A stretch of 64,000 nucleotides of DNA, from the NCBI GenBank assembly GCA_963693365.1, contig CAVNZM010000014.1, forward strand, positions 5,766,001-5,830,000, given 5' to 3'. The stretch comes from Amoebidium appalachense (taxonomy: Eukaryota; Protista; Ichthyosporea). Each line of letters begins with the position of its first letter. Position 1 is the stretch's first letter. Positions 15,179-28,185 of the stretch are shown in pieces. The notes under the pieces were generated by a model. That model did not search any database and was not told where the DNA came from. It saw nothing but the letters and a program-made list of their open reading frames with translations. Made by a program: the position numbers and the translations under genes.

Positions 15179-16354
15179 CCCTCTCCTTATGTTGCAGACT
15201 GCGCGCATTGCCGATGTTGCATACTTGGTTATTTCCCTTTGCATGTGTCCTGCACCGTGTTTCTCATCGTGTAGTTGTACTTGGTGCCGTGTTTCACATC
15301 CCTCTCCCCTCCCTCCCCTGCACCCTCCCCCTCCCCCCAGTGGAGACCGCTTTACTTCCATGCAACCGAGCATGGTTGCTCTGTGTCGTGCATCTGTAAG
15401 CACATACGCATTTTTCGCTGCACTGCATTAGTTTGCACACACATCTTCACCGTTTTGCTCACCTTGCTTGCATAAGCAACCCTGATCGTCTTTGATCAAG
15501 ACGGGTTGACCCGCCCAAGTTCAGTTGATGCTGCTGTCTGAGTTGGAGCGTTGTATATACGCGGGCTAAGGGGTCGAAACTCAGACGCAATTGATGACTT
15601 GGGTCCTCCCTGAGGATGGGCTCTGCTTATGACGCATACTGTGCACATGGCTGATGTTGCATACTTGAATGTTTGCCTTTTGCATGTATCCTGCACCATG
15701 TATCTCGTCGTGTATGCGTACTTCGTACCGTGTTCCGCATTCAACCCCCCTCTCCCCCCCCCCCCCCCCCCCCCTCCCCCCTCTTCGACTTCGACCGCCA
15801 CCCTTGCAGTGAAAAATGTGATATTACGTGCACCTGCTGATGTGTCTCGTTGTTTTGGTTTATAAGGCTGTGTGTCTGTTGGCTACATCACTTGAATTCT
15901 TCGTTCTCGGTGCCTGCGCTATGTTTTCTCTGTCAAACACGGTACCTCGTACTCTTCCTCCCTGTTGCATACTTGGGGGGGGGGGGGGGGGAGGGGGGAG
16001 GGGGAGGGGGGTTATGTTTTTATCTCTCTGATTTTGGAATGTTTTTGCTTGCATGGTTGCCAGCCTCTAATCAATCCATCCTTTTCCACCCCTCCCTCCA
16101 CCCCTTCCCCTGCGCCTCTACATGTTCAAGTACACACACAATGCACACTCACACACACACAAATCTCTCTCTCCCTCCCTCCCTCCCTTCTTCCCTCCCT
16201 CCCTCCCTCCCTCCCTCCCTCCCTCCCTCCCTCCCTCTCGCTCTCTCACCTACTCACTCATTCTCTGGCTCGCACACACATGCACACACACAAACATACA
16301 TACAACCACACACATGCCTGGAAAAACCCCACCCACGCTTGCACGCGCACAAAT

Positions 16355-16395
<41 letters not shown>

Positions 16396-16409
16396 CAAAA
16401 GCCCCATAC

Positions 16410-16447
<38 letters not shown>

Positions 16448-17118
16448 CCACACACACACACACAAACACAGGGGCGATGCAGATTTGTTCGGGTTTTCCC
16501 CTTCAGATGCCGAGGAACCGTTCTCGGTAGACAAATTGCTTGGTGAGGGCGACGACCAAGATCTTCACGACGAATTTGACTCCGAAAATGGGGCTCTACG
16601 CATGGGCGTGGAGAGTCTAGGGGGATTGGGTGGTATGGACGGTGGCGGCGGCGGGCTTGGGGAGCTGGGGACGATAGGGGGGTCCAACCGCAGCCATGAA
16701 ATTCACGGAGGGATGGCTAATGGAGTTATGGGGGATTTGATTTCACACGCTGGGATGGAGGGGGTCCGATTGCAAATGGTGGAAGGCCCCGGTGCCGTCA
16801 TTGGGGGGGGGTCCGAGCATGAATTCCACGTTTGGAAATTCTTTGGAACAACATTTGGGTCTTGGTATGTTGGGTGTGGGTGGTGTTGGCGAGGTGGAGA
16901 TGGGGGTTGATGGTATGGGTAGGGTTGGGGTGGTGGGTGGGGAGGAGGGAGAGGGGGAAGATTCAGAGGAGGAGGAAGAAGAGGAATTTTATTGCGAGGT
17001 GGTTGGGTGTGATGAGGTGTTTCCTGATCAGGAAGAGTTGAATGAGCATGTTGCATTGTGGCATAGCGGGGATTCTGAGGGGAAGAGTGCGAATGAGAGA
17101 AGGGGATATGTCTCGTGA
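12983..17118 (+). CDS. C2H2 zinc-finger transcription factor, exons 12983-13299 and 16472-17118, with an apparent frameshift at G9 16803-16811
   Basis: Three CX4C...HX3H fingers with TGEKP linkers. Donor CA|GTAAGT joins acceptor ACAG|GGGC in frame (QGDADLF). Removing one G restores an acidic tract and a fourth finger [12 protein letters not shown]...HVALWH. Confidence 0.82.
14968..15744 (+). mobile_element. Cluster of three copies of a poly(C)-terminated dispersed repeat (14968-15147, 15186-15300 degenerate, ~15340-15744); SINE or LINE-3'-end like
   Basis: Shared core GGTCGAAACTCAGAC...CCTGAGGATGGGCTCTGCTTATG...CCGCATTCAA followed by C-runs; the same sequence recurs at 30.5-31.6, 45.1, 47.0, 48.1-48.6, 49.5 and 53.2 kb. 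Confidence 0.75.
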
Positions 17119-19445
17119 GTGTTTTTGAAGTTGTTGGTGTGAGCGCAGACACACTGCTTTGCGTCACATACATGCACACGCGCACGCACACGCACACATG
17201 CGTGCGCACACACACACACACACAAACACACACTCACACAGAGAGAGAGAGAGAGAGATTTCCCCTCAACACACACACACGCACATGCACACACATACGC
17301 CCTGCATATGCACCACTACGCGGAATGCGAAAATGCAGGAGTCCAGGGGGGGGTGGGAGGGGGGGGGGGGGCACTTCTGAAAGCTGTGTTCGCGCGTCCT
17401 GGGTTGTTAAATAGTTTTGCCCTCTTTTATTTGCTTTTTTTTTTTGTTGGGGGGTACTTTCTATTCCTTCAAAAAAATAGGAAATTTCGAAGTTGTTATG
17501 ATTCTGAAGATTATGATACAGCAGTGCTGATAATATATGCATATATGCATAATGGAAATTTTTAGTACTTAGCACAAACATGCCTTAAGTTTTATCTACG
17601 TGGAATACGAATGATTTATCTTACTTAGACGCGACAATAATAATACAGTAAGCTTTTCCCGTGAATTGCCGAAATATGAAAATATGAAGCAGGTACTGGA
17701 GGTATTGGGGGATGGACAATATCCGCATATTTGGGATTGAACCCATTACGAAGGGCCACATATGGCTCCCTATGATGTTAATATGTGCGGCTTGTTTTGT
17801 GCCCCCCCAACCACCCCTCCGAGCTCCCTCTTCCTTCACCGCATGATCACTCTAGAAAGAAACGGAGCACACATTGTGTTGGGCACAAAGGATCATTTCT
17901 GCGGATAATATGATATAAATATATGCTGCAGCGCAGCTGTGGACCCTTCGCAAGACCAGTGCATTCCTCCCCCCCCCCCCCCCCCCCCCCCCCCCGGGGG
18001 GTCCTTCCCCTCCCCTCCCCCCGGAACCCAGCCCCCAGCGGAGGTTTCTTCAACAAAAATAGCCTCTTCAACACGTATACTTCGGAATCTTCAAGTTATA
18101 TACTTAGATGATGATCATTAAGCCTCAAAAGACTTTTATTATCATGACATAAAAGGTGCCACCTACAAGCACGCACCGTGAAATTTAACATCTGCCGTAA
18201 CGGTTCTCCCACTAGTAGATGTTCGTTCGAAGGGCCAAGCCTAAAGAGCACTACAAAAACAAAGATCTCACGATGATCAAGTAAGGTTTTTTCAAGTTCC
18301 TTTTTTTTTGTGACTGTTGAGTCACTCGTGTCGCCACCATTATTTGAGCCACCAGCCAGTGCCTAGTCTAAACAATGGAATTTAATAACCAATCCGGTGG
18401 AGCGTACCTAAACCAAAAGTGGCTCAATTCCTGCTGGATTGTTAGATGCATGATATGAAACCACTCAACAACCGGCGTCGAATCCTTCTTGTTCGCGAAC
18501 TACTTTGGCTTCATAACGGAGGTTTGGATGCTCGAACTCTAAAAGAAACAATCATATATGTGCTAAGACTTTTTAGGGATATTTGATAATAGAAAGGCTA
18601 TCTTGTAGGTAATTGTTGCGGCTTGCGTGAACTGCTCTAAACATGCGGCTGTACTCTCAACAATCAGGACGATGGGAATTACAGCAACTCCTGACTCGGC
18701 ATTTCAACAGACTTTCACCGGCTCATATAGAAACGACTCTAGACACAACTGAATTGCTTGCAGCGTACTATAAAGAGTTATTTTACGTCATGAACAGACA
18801 AGTATTTTTAAAAACATTGTTAAAAAATTAAATAATGGATTTTTAGAAACCTTAAAAGATAACCTGTTATGATATATTTTCACAAGACAAAACCGTTGCA
18901 TGATTGCATCACAATAATGAATCATAATGCGACCAACGATTCGCTGAAGATCAGGTACCAAAAAGCACCCCTTTCCGTTGCCCTATCAGCTGATATTTAT
19001 TCACGCGCGTTCTATAAAACCCGGTCTGATTCAGTGTTTGCAGCTTCAGTTCGATGCAAAATTCCGCTCTCTCAACGTTTTTTCTTTTTTTGCGCTTGTC
19101 GCTCCGAGACTCATGTTTTGTTTGAGTGAAGTTTAGTACAAGTGAGCTTTAGTTCAAATGAAGGTGATTATGTAGTACTGGATAATATTAGTAAATATAG
19201 TGAAGGGATTGTTTTTATTATGGTTTGCTGTGACCAACGTTGTATTTCGACGGACTGCAAGAGAACAGCTGTTTTTAGCTTCCTTCTGTGTTTTTCGTTT
19301 CGAAAACCAGAACGCGAAGAAGCTTGTTTCAGGTACGCGGTAGAACTCTACTTAAACCACACAAGGTGCATATTTCAAGAGGTGTGAACGGGTTTAAAAA
19401 AGGCAGGAACTTGCCTCTGTGTAACCTTTCAGGACGTTGCTGAAA

Positions 19446-21023
19446 ATGTTTGACGTTCCAGAGGACTTGATCCCTTTTTTCGACCATGAACCAGAGTCGG
19501 GGCCAACTCTCATGTGCCTCCCCGACGAGATTCTATTCCAGATAGCGGCACATCTATCACAGAAAGACCTTTTGCGCTTAGGATTGGTCAACAGGCGGCT
19601 GAATTTTATTGCTTCTGGCACTCTGAAGGAATTCAACTTCCAAACGAGCGGGAGTGTGGAGGAGAGGATGTTGACCCTCTGGTCCAGACGGCAGGTGTGT
19701 GGGTTTGCTCCTGTGTGCTTGTGGTTTCGGTGTGTGTTTGTGCGTGTGTCTTTGTTGCTAGTGTTTGGAACTGCTAGAGAAACCATAGAAAAGCTGTTTG
19801 CATCTTTTTTATTTTATTTTTTTGGTTTTGCGTGTTTTGACGAGGGGAAGATGAAGATGAATTGTAAGGGGAAGGAGGGGGGGGTGGGGGGGTGGGGAGG
19901 AGAGAGAGGGTGTAAATAAAGAATATATAAAGCTGTTAGTGTGAGAGCTGGACTGGAGTCTCGAACTCAGGCACACACAGAAGCTATAAGCCACGCACAC
20001 AAATATCACATCCTTGACCTATGAATCGAGAAGATGAAAGTGGCACGGAGGAAACAGAGCTTGACAAACCCGGCTGATGTTGCTTCTTTTCCTTCTTCAG
20101 GCGTTGCCGTCCGAGAGCCGTCCCTGGCACCACCCCCTGTCCCTCCTCGCTTCCACCTTCAGTTTCATGTGTGCCCTTGCTAGTTTCATCCTTGCACGTT
20201 TTTGGTGGGCACCCACCCCAACGTTAAACGGTAAACCAACGCCCACGCCCACGCGTTCATTTACGCGGAACATGGGCAGCCTATCCCCCGTGAACCTCTT
20301 TCTGGGGTGCGAGTTCACGCCTGAGGGGAAAATGCACACGTGCCTGCGCCGTTTTCCAAAGATTTCCTCGCTGAAGGTTACGCGTTCTCTCGCAACGGGA
20401 GAAGCACTCTCGAGCCTCAAACACATGCAGCGGTTGAAAAAACTGACTGCGGAAAACTGCGTTATCACACCAGCCACGCTCCCGCACATATCTGTGCTAG
20501 TGAATTTGACGGTTCTTCATCTGAGGGGTAGCTGCCTCTCCGGCTCGCTTTCGCAACTGAACATGCTCGTTCGTCTCCAGGTTCTGTCTTTGGGTGATTG
20601 CTTTCTAACAGATGCAGACATCGAAAGTATAACCCCCATGGGAGAACATCTCATTGAGTTGGATGTGAGCGAAAACTTCCTGAGCACCGCGCGCACCCTC
20701 CGTCCGTTCAAGCGCCTACGTCGGTTGAACCTCGGGTACATGTCGACGCTGCGAAGCGGGTGGGAGGGGGTTGGCGGTGATGACGGAGTTAACACATTTG
20801 ATGATTGCGACCACGGGTGTGGATGACAATGCGCTCATGCAGTTGGGTGAGTTGGGGCAGATTCGCGCGCTGTGTCTTTCTAATTCCCCTCTGAGGGATT
20901 CGAGTGTGCGGATTATTGCGGAGAAGTTTCCTTTGGTGGAGGAGTTGGACCTGTCGGGGTGTGACGTGTCGGATGCTGTGACGGGGATTTTGGCGGCAAT
21001 GCCCAAACTGAAAAAGTAATTAG

Positions 21024-21062
<39 letters not shown>

Positions 21063-21497
21063 CCCCTCCCCCCACCCACCACCACCACCACCACCACCAC
21101 CCACACACACACACACACACACACACCACACGTACACAAACACACAACTAAAAAGAAAAAAAAAGAAAAAAAGCAAACAAGGAATGGGAGATGAAAGAAA
21201 GAAGGAAACTCAATGGGTGTGTGTGCATGCACACACACACACTGTTTCTCTCTTCTTCTTTCTCTTCTCTCCTTCTTTCTCTGTTTATTTAATGTTTTTG
21301 TTTTATGTTTGGTAGTGGCTGAGGGGGGTGGGAAGGAAGGGTGTTGCATGTGTGGCATGTGGGTCTTTTTTTCCGTTCTGGCAGCGAGGTCAACTTGCCG
21401 TCTGGTGAGCTCTACTTACGGTGCAGGCCCTTTGGTAAGCAGCAAACTGGATGTATTGTCCTTTGTTATTCCTTCACATCTAACCTATACCGCCCCC

Positions 21498-21554
<57 letters not shown>

Positions 21555-21591
21555 TCTCCCTCTCTTTATCTTGACCTATCTTGACCTATCT

Positions 21592-21684
<93 letters not shown>

Positions 21685-22181
21685 CGCGCGCTTTTTCTCC
21701 CCCCCCCCCCTCCCCCCTCCCCCCCCCCCCCCTGCCCCACCCTCCCTCTCTTTCCCAATCTACCCCTTCCAGTTCAATGCACATAACCACACACACACAC
21801 ACACACGTACACACGTACACACACGTACACATGTACACAGGCTCGACCTCTCCTCTACGCTCATCACGGACGAGGGACTCTTTGCCTTCTGCCGCCACCC
21901 CACCATCCAGCAGCTAGCGCTTTCTGCGTACCTCGGGCGTATGTCTGTGACCAATGTGGGCCTACGTCACGTTGCAAGTATGACGTCACTGGAGGAGCTG
22001 GCCGTGGACTGCTGCCACATTACTGATGGAGCAATGAGGGCACTGGCTGCACTGCCTAGGCTGAAGGTGGGTAAATGTGTTGTTTTATTGCTTTTTAAAT
22101 TTATTTATTTATTTATTTTTCTTTTTTCCCCTTTGTGTGTGTTTGTGTGTGTGTGTTTTTTTTGTTTTTGTTTTTGGGGGG

Positions 22182-22214
<33 letters not shown>

Positions 22215-22279
22215 TTGTCTAATAAGGAAAGAGGGAAAAAGACAAAGGAAAGATCTAAAGAAAAAGGTCAGGGTGGGGC

Positions 22280-22312
<33 letters not shown>

Positions 22313-22423
22313 ACTTTTGTGTACTTTTTTTCTTCTTTTTTTTTCCCCCCCCCCATAATCTGAAGGTGTTGACCGTCACCCATGTTTACTTCATAGTGTA
22401 TAACGTACACATTCTAACACCTC

Positions 22424-22466
<43 letters not shown>

Positions 22467-22942
22467 ACCCACCCACCCACCCACCCACCCACCACCACCA
22501 CCAATAGGGTCTGAACGTCACGGACTGCTACATGGTTACAGACAAGTCCATCCGCCACCTCACCACCTACCCGTCCCTCCACACCGTGTGTGTCTCTGGT
22601 ACGGGCATGACACGTGCGGGACGCTGGCGCCTCCGGTCGTCTCTACGTGCGGGTGCACAGGTGAACGAACACGAGTGTGTGAAAGTCAGCTTTCAGACGT
22701 GTAGCATGGTGGGAAACCATGATTTGCAAGGGCAGGTGTGGAGGGCCGTTGTTCCTTCCTCCCCCCCCTGGCCCGGCGGGAAGAATTGCTGGATGGTGAG
22801 GAAATTTTTCGAGATCCTTCGTGAGTTTTCGAGAATTTCCGTGTTTGGTATATATCTCGTTGGATATTCGGTGAAGGTGTCTGGAGCGACTATCTCATTG
22901 TCTCTATGGCAATTATCTATATCCACTCTAAGCCCTGTTTGA
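19446..22942 (+). CDS. F-box/leucine-rich-repeat protein, exons 19446-19694, 20101-21015, 21841-22066, 22508-22942, with an apparent frameshift at G5 20766-20770
   Basis: F-box LMCLPDEILFQIAAHLSQKDLLRLGLVNRRL, then LRRs (LxxLxLxGxxLS, LDLSGCDVSD, LDLSSTLITDEGL, LNVTDCYMVTD). All GT-AG junctions are phase-compatible. Confidence 0.85.
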
Positions 22943-22966
22943 TGCTCCAATCTAAATGGTTTTTTT

Positions 22967-23019
<53 letters not shown>

Positions 23020-23748
23020 GGGGTAGTTTGGAGCAACAAAATGGGCGCGGGGGGAGGGGGGAGGGGGGGGAGACGTGGGTTAGGTTGTTGTGTCCAATAG
23101 AGGCTTGCTCGTTTTTTTTTAAAAAAAAATTATAATTAATATTATTACTATCATTATTATTATTAGTATTAGTCGTTGGGATTATTATTATTATTATTTT
23201 TTGTAAAAAACCTGTCAGAGCGGCGGATGGGTGTATATTTTGTAGTTGTGCGCTAAACGTATTATCTGAAAAGACTACGGGGGGATACATGTAAATGTGA
23301 GGTGAAAGTGTAAGACTTTTATTCTGCCTGGTTATGTTTTTAGCTAATTTTCCCATGACCGAAGACAGGCACATGCACACAGTCATACCACACCATCAGC
23401 TATACAGATTATTCTTTCCATTTCCCCCTTTCCATCTTTAGTTTAGTCAGACGTGTAATGTTTTGTGTGTGATATTGTGGCTTTCATCCACCCAGCATAA
23501 ACAGTGTTCGATGATAAACATCAATAAAAAAACACTGGAAAGAAGAGCTCGGAATACGGAGCCACATGGGGTAAGGTTCTTGGGTGCCTGGTCCCCAGAT
23601 CCCCCCTCCCCCCCCCCCCCCTCCCCGCACACACACACACACACACACAAAGTCTAAAGCATGCACGCACACCGTCCACATACACACGTGGCATCCACCA
23701 ACCACCCACCATTGGGCATTTAAAACCCATCCACACATGTCACACACA

Positions 23749-23783
<35 letters not shown>

Positions 23784-25060
23784 ACCACACACACACACGT
23801 ACACACACTTGAGTTTGGTATATTTCCCCTAGCCGACCCCCCCCCCCCCCCCTCCCCCCCCCCCCCGGCCCAGGGCCTCCCCCCTTCCCCTCCCCCCCAC
23901 GAACACACACACACGTCAAACCGCCATGACCACCAGCCACTGCCACAGTGACCACACATGCACATGTACACTCACACAAAAACAAACGGAACACACAGCA
24001 TCACCAACAGTTACTCGTTATGCTCACTCCTTTTTTCTTCGATCCCCAAGTGAGGGAAGGACTGGGGGGCTCGTGCATAAGGCCCCATCCAACTCCTTAA
24101 TTGATCTAGAACGGCATTTTTTTGTGCGCTTGTGTTTGTGGGTGTGCACGATTGTGTATGTGTGTGTTTTTGTTTTGTTTTTTTTTTGGGGGGGGGGGGG
24201 GGGGAGGGGAGGGGGGGGGGGAGGGGGGGGGGGGGGGGGGGGGGGGCTGGCCGTGCGGTGGCCCCTGGAGCGGATTGTCTTTTTTTCTTCTGTGTTTTTT
24301 TTTGTTTTTGTTTTTTTTCTTTCTTTCTTTTGGGGGGGGGGGGGGGGGGGGGGGGGAGGGGGGGGGAGGGGGAGGGGGGAGGGGGGAGGGGGGGGAGGGG
24401 GGGGGGGGAGGGAGGGGTCTCCCCCTTTTCGGTGGGTGGGTGTGTTTCGGGAGGGGGAGAAGGGGGGGGTGGTTGGGTCGGGGGGGGGGGGGGGGGGGGG
24501 GGGGAGGGACAGCAGCTTGATCATGTCACACAATACTATGATATTGAATTTGAGGTTCGTCAGCTTTACATACCGCCTGAATTGCTGCATATCAATCGAG
24601 GAAGGCCTTTCCCAGCCAACAAAAAGTGTAACCCACTAAAAGCTTAAAATGCCTCTAAAATGCCTCCTCTGTACGTACGCGTCGCCGCATAGATTGCACG
24701 GACATAACCATTGCACACACACAATATCCCAATGTCCAACGAGATATGTATTGCTTGAATTTTCGCATACTGTTAATGATTTAACAGCCACTCGTAAGGA
24801 ATCCAACTGCCATACTTCTCCTGGCCATGTGTGCTTCACCCTATAGGCAACTCTTTTGGCCAACTGTCCTTGAAAAAACTCGCCCAAAAAAGGCGCACAA
24901 GTATACGTAGTGATCCCCCCCCGCCCCCCCCTCCCTAATCCCCCCTCATCCCCCCCCCCCCCCCCCCCTCGCATCCCCCCCCCCCCCCCCCCCCCCCAGC
25001 TCCTCCCTCCCACCTTTTCCCACACAAACACACGACATATCCCATCAACGCCCCACCCCA

Positions 25061-25312
25061 CTACCCCTCCTGCTCGTATTTCTCATAGACCGTAATCGGG
25101 TTTTCAGGCATGTCCTTGTCCGTGTCCCCTCCACCCGAACGGAAAAAAGGGTTGTTTGCCTCTCTCACAGCCGTCGCCTCCTGTGGGTCCTCGGGTGCTT
25201 TTTCTTCGTCAACGACGTATTTGTCCCCGACCATTTTGTCCATAGCTTCCTGGGCGTTCATTTTGTTGGGTAGGAACTGACCGGAGTCGGAGCGGTAGCC
25301 TGTGTGAGACAT
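25061..25312 (-). CDS. Hypothetical 83-aa acidic protein, probably preceded by a 5'-UTR intron
   Basis: Non-repetitive ORF between repeat tracts. ATG follows acceptor-like CACACATCCAG/CCAG, with a candidate GTGAGT donor at 26099. Confidence 0.55.
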   Translation of the reverse strand: MSHTGYRSDSGQFLPNKMNAQEAMDKMVGDKYVVDEEKAPEDPQEATAVREANNPFFRSGGGDTDKDMPENPITVYEKYEQEG

Positions 25313-25480
25313 CGTGGCTGGCTGGATGTGTGGGTGGGTGTGGGGGGGGGAGGTGGGTGTAAATGGGAGAGGTGGGGTGGGATAGGTGGAAGGTGGGGGG
25401 GGGGATGAGGGGGGTTGGGGGTTGGGGGGTGGGGGGGGTGGGGTGGTGGGTGGGTGGGTGGGTGTGTCTTTTTTTTTTTT

Positions 25481-25511
<31 letters not shown>

Positions 25512-25909
25512 GAGGGGGGGGGGGGGGGGGGGGGGAGGGGGGGGGAGCGGGGTATCTTGGTGTCTAGGCCCTCAGATGTTGGGGGGGGGAGGGGCCAGAG
25601 ACGAGTCAGTTGTAAGGTGGTGGGTGGATCGGGGGGGGGGGGGGGAGGGAGGGGGGGGGGGGGAGGGGGGGAGGGGGGGGAGGGCTCCGTGGGTGCACTT
25701 GGGTTGTGTTTGTGTGTTTGTGTCGGAGAGATGGCTGTCAGTATTTATTCTTTTGTGCTGCCGCAGTGAACGTTGGTTGGTTGGTACAGTTGGGCAATGT
25801 TTTTGTTTTTAATTTAAATTTCTTTCTTTTTTTTGTGTGTGTGTGTGTGCGTGTGTGTGGGGGGGGGGGAGGAGGGGGGTGGTGGTGGCGGTGGTGGTGG
25901 TGGTGGTGG

Positions 25910-25951
<42 letters not shown>

Positions 25952-26223
25952 AGAAAGTGCCACATTGCTCTTGTCGTTGAGCCAAACCAACACATCACTG
26001 ATCGTTTGTCGCTATTCAGAGTCCAATGAACTATGTTCTGTTCCGATTAGTATCTCCGTTCAATCCCTCCTAAAACAGGAAAGAATATAAAAAACTCACT
26101 TTTCTAACCTTTCACAAAGCAGACAACAGCAAACTTTAAATATGATAAAAAGCATGCAAAAAAAGAAAAAAAAAAAAAAAGGAACACAATGCCATCGCAT
26201 GCAGTGGGGAAGCCCGCGCGGGG

Positions 26224-26270
<47 letters not shown>

Positions 26271-27857
26271 TTCCCACGCTGAGTGCATGTGCCTATGGTG
26301 GGGAGGAAGGGGGCGGGGTATGGAGGGGTTGAAAGGGAGTTAAATGGAGGGAAGAGGAGAAAGAGGAGAAGAGAAGGAGGACTCGGGGAAGTGGGGGAGA
26401 GAGGGTGGAAGAGAAAAGAGAAAATTCATGCACAGCCTGGTATATATTGGAAAAATCGTTTTCCACTGGCAGTTTGCCCACACACGGCTCACCTTTCAGA
26501 AAGAGCACGTGTAACGTACACAGAAAAGCTGGAAAAAGCAAGTAATTAGTGTCCTTTCCTCTCGAAATTTAAGTTCCGAGTTTTTGTTTTGTTGACAACT
26601 TGAGAAGGCAACAAACTGTTGAGGGTGTGCAGGAAAGACCATTTTATACCCTCAACCTGACCAACCTCCCATCATCCAAAAGCAACGACAAACTGAGCAT
26701 TTACAAAGACATTCTTCGACATTCTGTGAACAGTTGCTGCTGATACCTTCAAATCATGTGTGCATTGGTTAAAATCGACCAATAGGAAATCGGCACGTGA
26801 TAGTTTTTTGCACAGTTTGCCTGGGCTATAATTCCCAGGGTGACGTGACCTTCGAACAACCCCGAACAAGTCCCATTCAGCCTCGGAATGCTTACTGGAA
26901 ATCACACGATGAAATTTTTCCCACTGATGCTGTGACAAGTAGACATTACCAACGGCTAGGCACACTTACTGAAAAACATGAGAGATTTTGATATTGAACA
27001 AAAATAGCAGGGGTTTACATGTTTTTCTTTACTTACAGCTTTCACTCTTAATCAAGTAGTGGCTAGTGTAAAACACTTGTCCTAGACATGAACCCACCCG
27101 ACGGGAGGGCACATGAATCGAAACGATATGCACAATCTGTGAGCGTGCATTTTAACCGAACTAACTTTGTCAACTTCATTGATGCACACGATATCTGGTG
27201 TAGGATAACGAGAAAAGTTTTCACATTACGTACTGGATTTTGGGGGTCAAAAATTTCCACGGTTTCGTAGTTTGTCGAAGAAACACGTGGCATATGGTGG
27301 TGCATGCAGCGTTGGGCATGTACCGGAGAGAGATGCAAAAAGGTAGATGGGGAGAAGGGGGGTGGTGGTGGTGGTGGCGATGGTGGTGGTGGTGGTGGTT
27401 GGGGAGGGTGAGGGGAGGGGGAGGGGGGGGGGGGGAGGGGGGGGGGGAGAAGGGGGGGGGGGGGGGGGGGGGGGGGGGGGGCTTGCCCGGCCAGGTGACC
27501 CAGTGAAAACAAAAAGAATGATACGTGTGTTGAATCCATCCATACTTGTTTGTTATTTGTTACTGACAGATCTGTGCAAACCCCATGTCTTCAGAAAAAT
27601 GATATTCGAGTGCCCCCCTCCCCTCTCCCCCCTTCCCCCTCCCCTCCCTCCTCCCCCCCTCCCCCCGGTTCTCCCAGCCCCCTTACCCCCTTCCCCCCCC
27701 CCCCCCCCCCTCCCCCCCACACATACACACGCACACACTCAACTGCGTTTCTGCGCTTCCCTCTGTTTTGCCCCCCCTCCCCCCCCCCCCTCCGTCCCAT
27801 TCCCCCCCCCTCCCTCAACGGCATTTCTTCACTTCCTTCGAATATAGCTATCTTGCC

Positions 27858-27892
<35 letters not shown>

Positions 27893-28154
27893 ACCCCCTG
27901 TACACCACCCTGTCCCCGCCTCCCCAACGTGCCTGCCCTGCCCTGATTAAGGTTTCCCTCCAACCCCCCCCCCCCCCCCCCCCCCCCCACCTCTCCCCCT
28001 CCTTTCCCCCCCAACCGCATCTAATTCTGTGCTTCACCCCATGTAGCTGCTATCTCACCCCCCCTCCCCTCCCCCCCCCCCCCCCCCCCCCTCAGGGCCT
28101 CTGGGGCCCCAGTAAGGCTTCCCTCCATATATCTCTCCCCCCCCCTCTCTCTCT

Positions 28155-28185
<31 letters not shown>

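Noticed and set aside
15590-15616. Box C/D snoRNA or SECIS (TGATGA...CTGA)
   Set aside because: Boxes are only about 12 nt apart, box C is not conserved in subfamily B, and the many truncated copies fit a mobile repeat better.
15570-15625. Canonical hammerhead or HDV ribozyme call for the repeat core
   Set aside because: GAAAC precedes CTGAGGA with no room for stem I, the GTC triplet is GCC in other copies, and no HDV P3/L3 or upstream P1 could be built. Kept only as an unexplained structure.
24510-24647. Protein-like stretch LDHVTQYYDIEFEVRQLYIPPELL after a G-run
   Set aside because: No start or compatible upstream exon and no recognisable motif.
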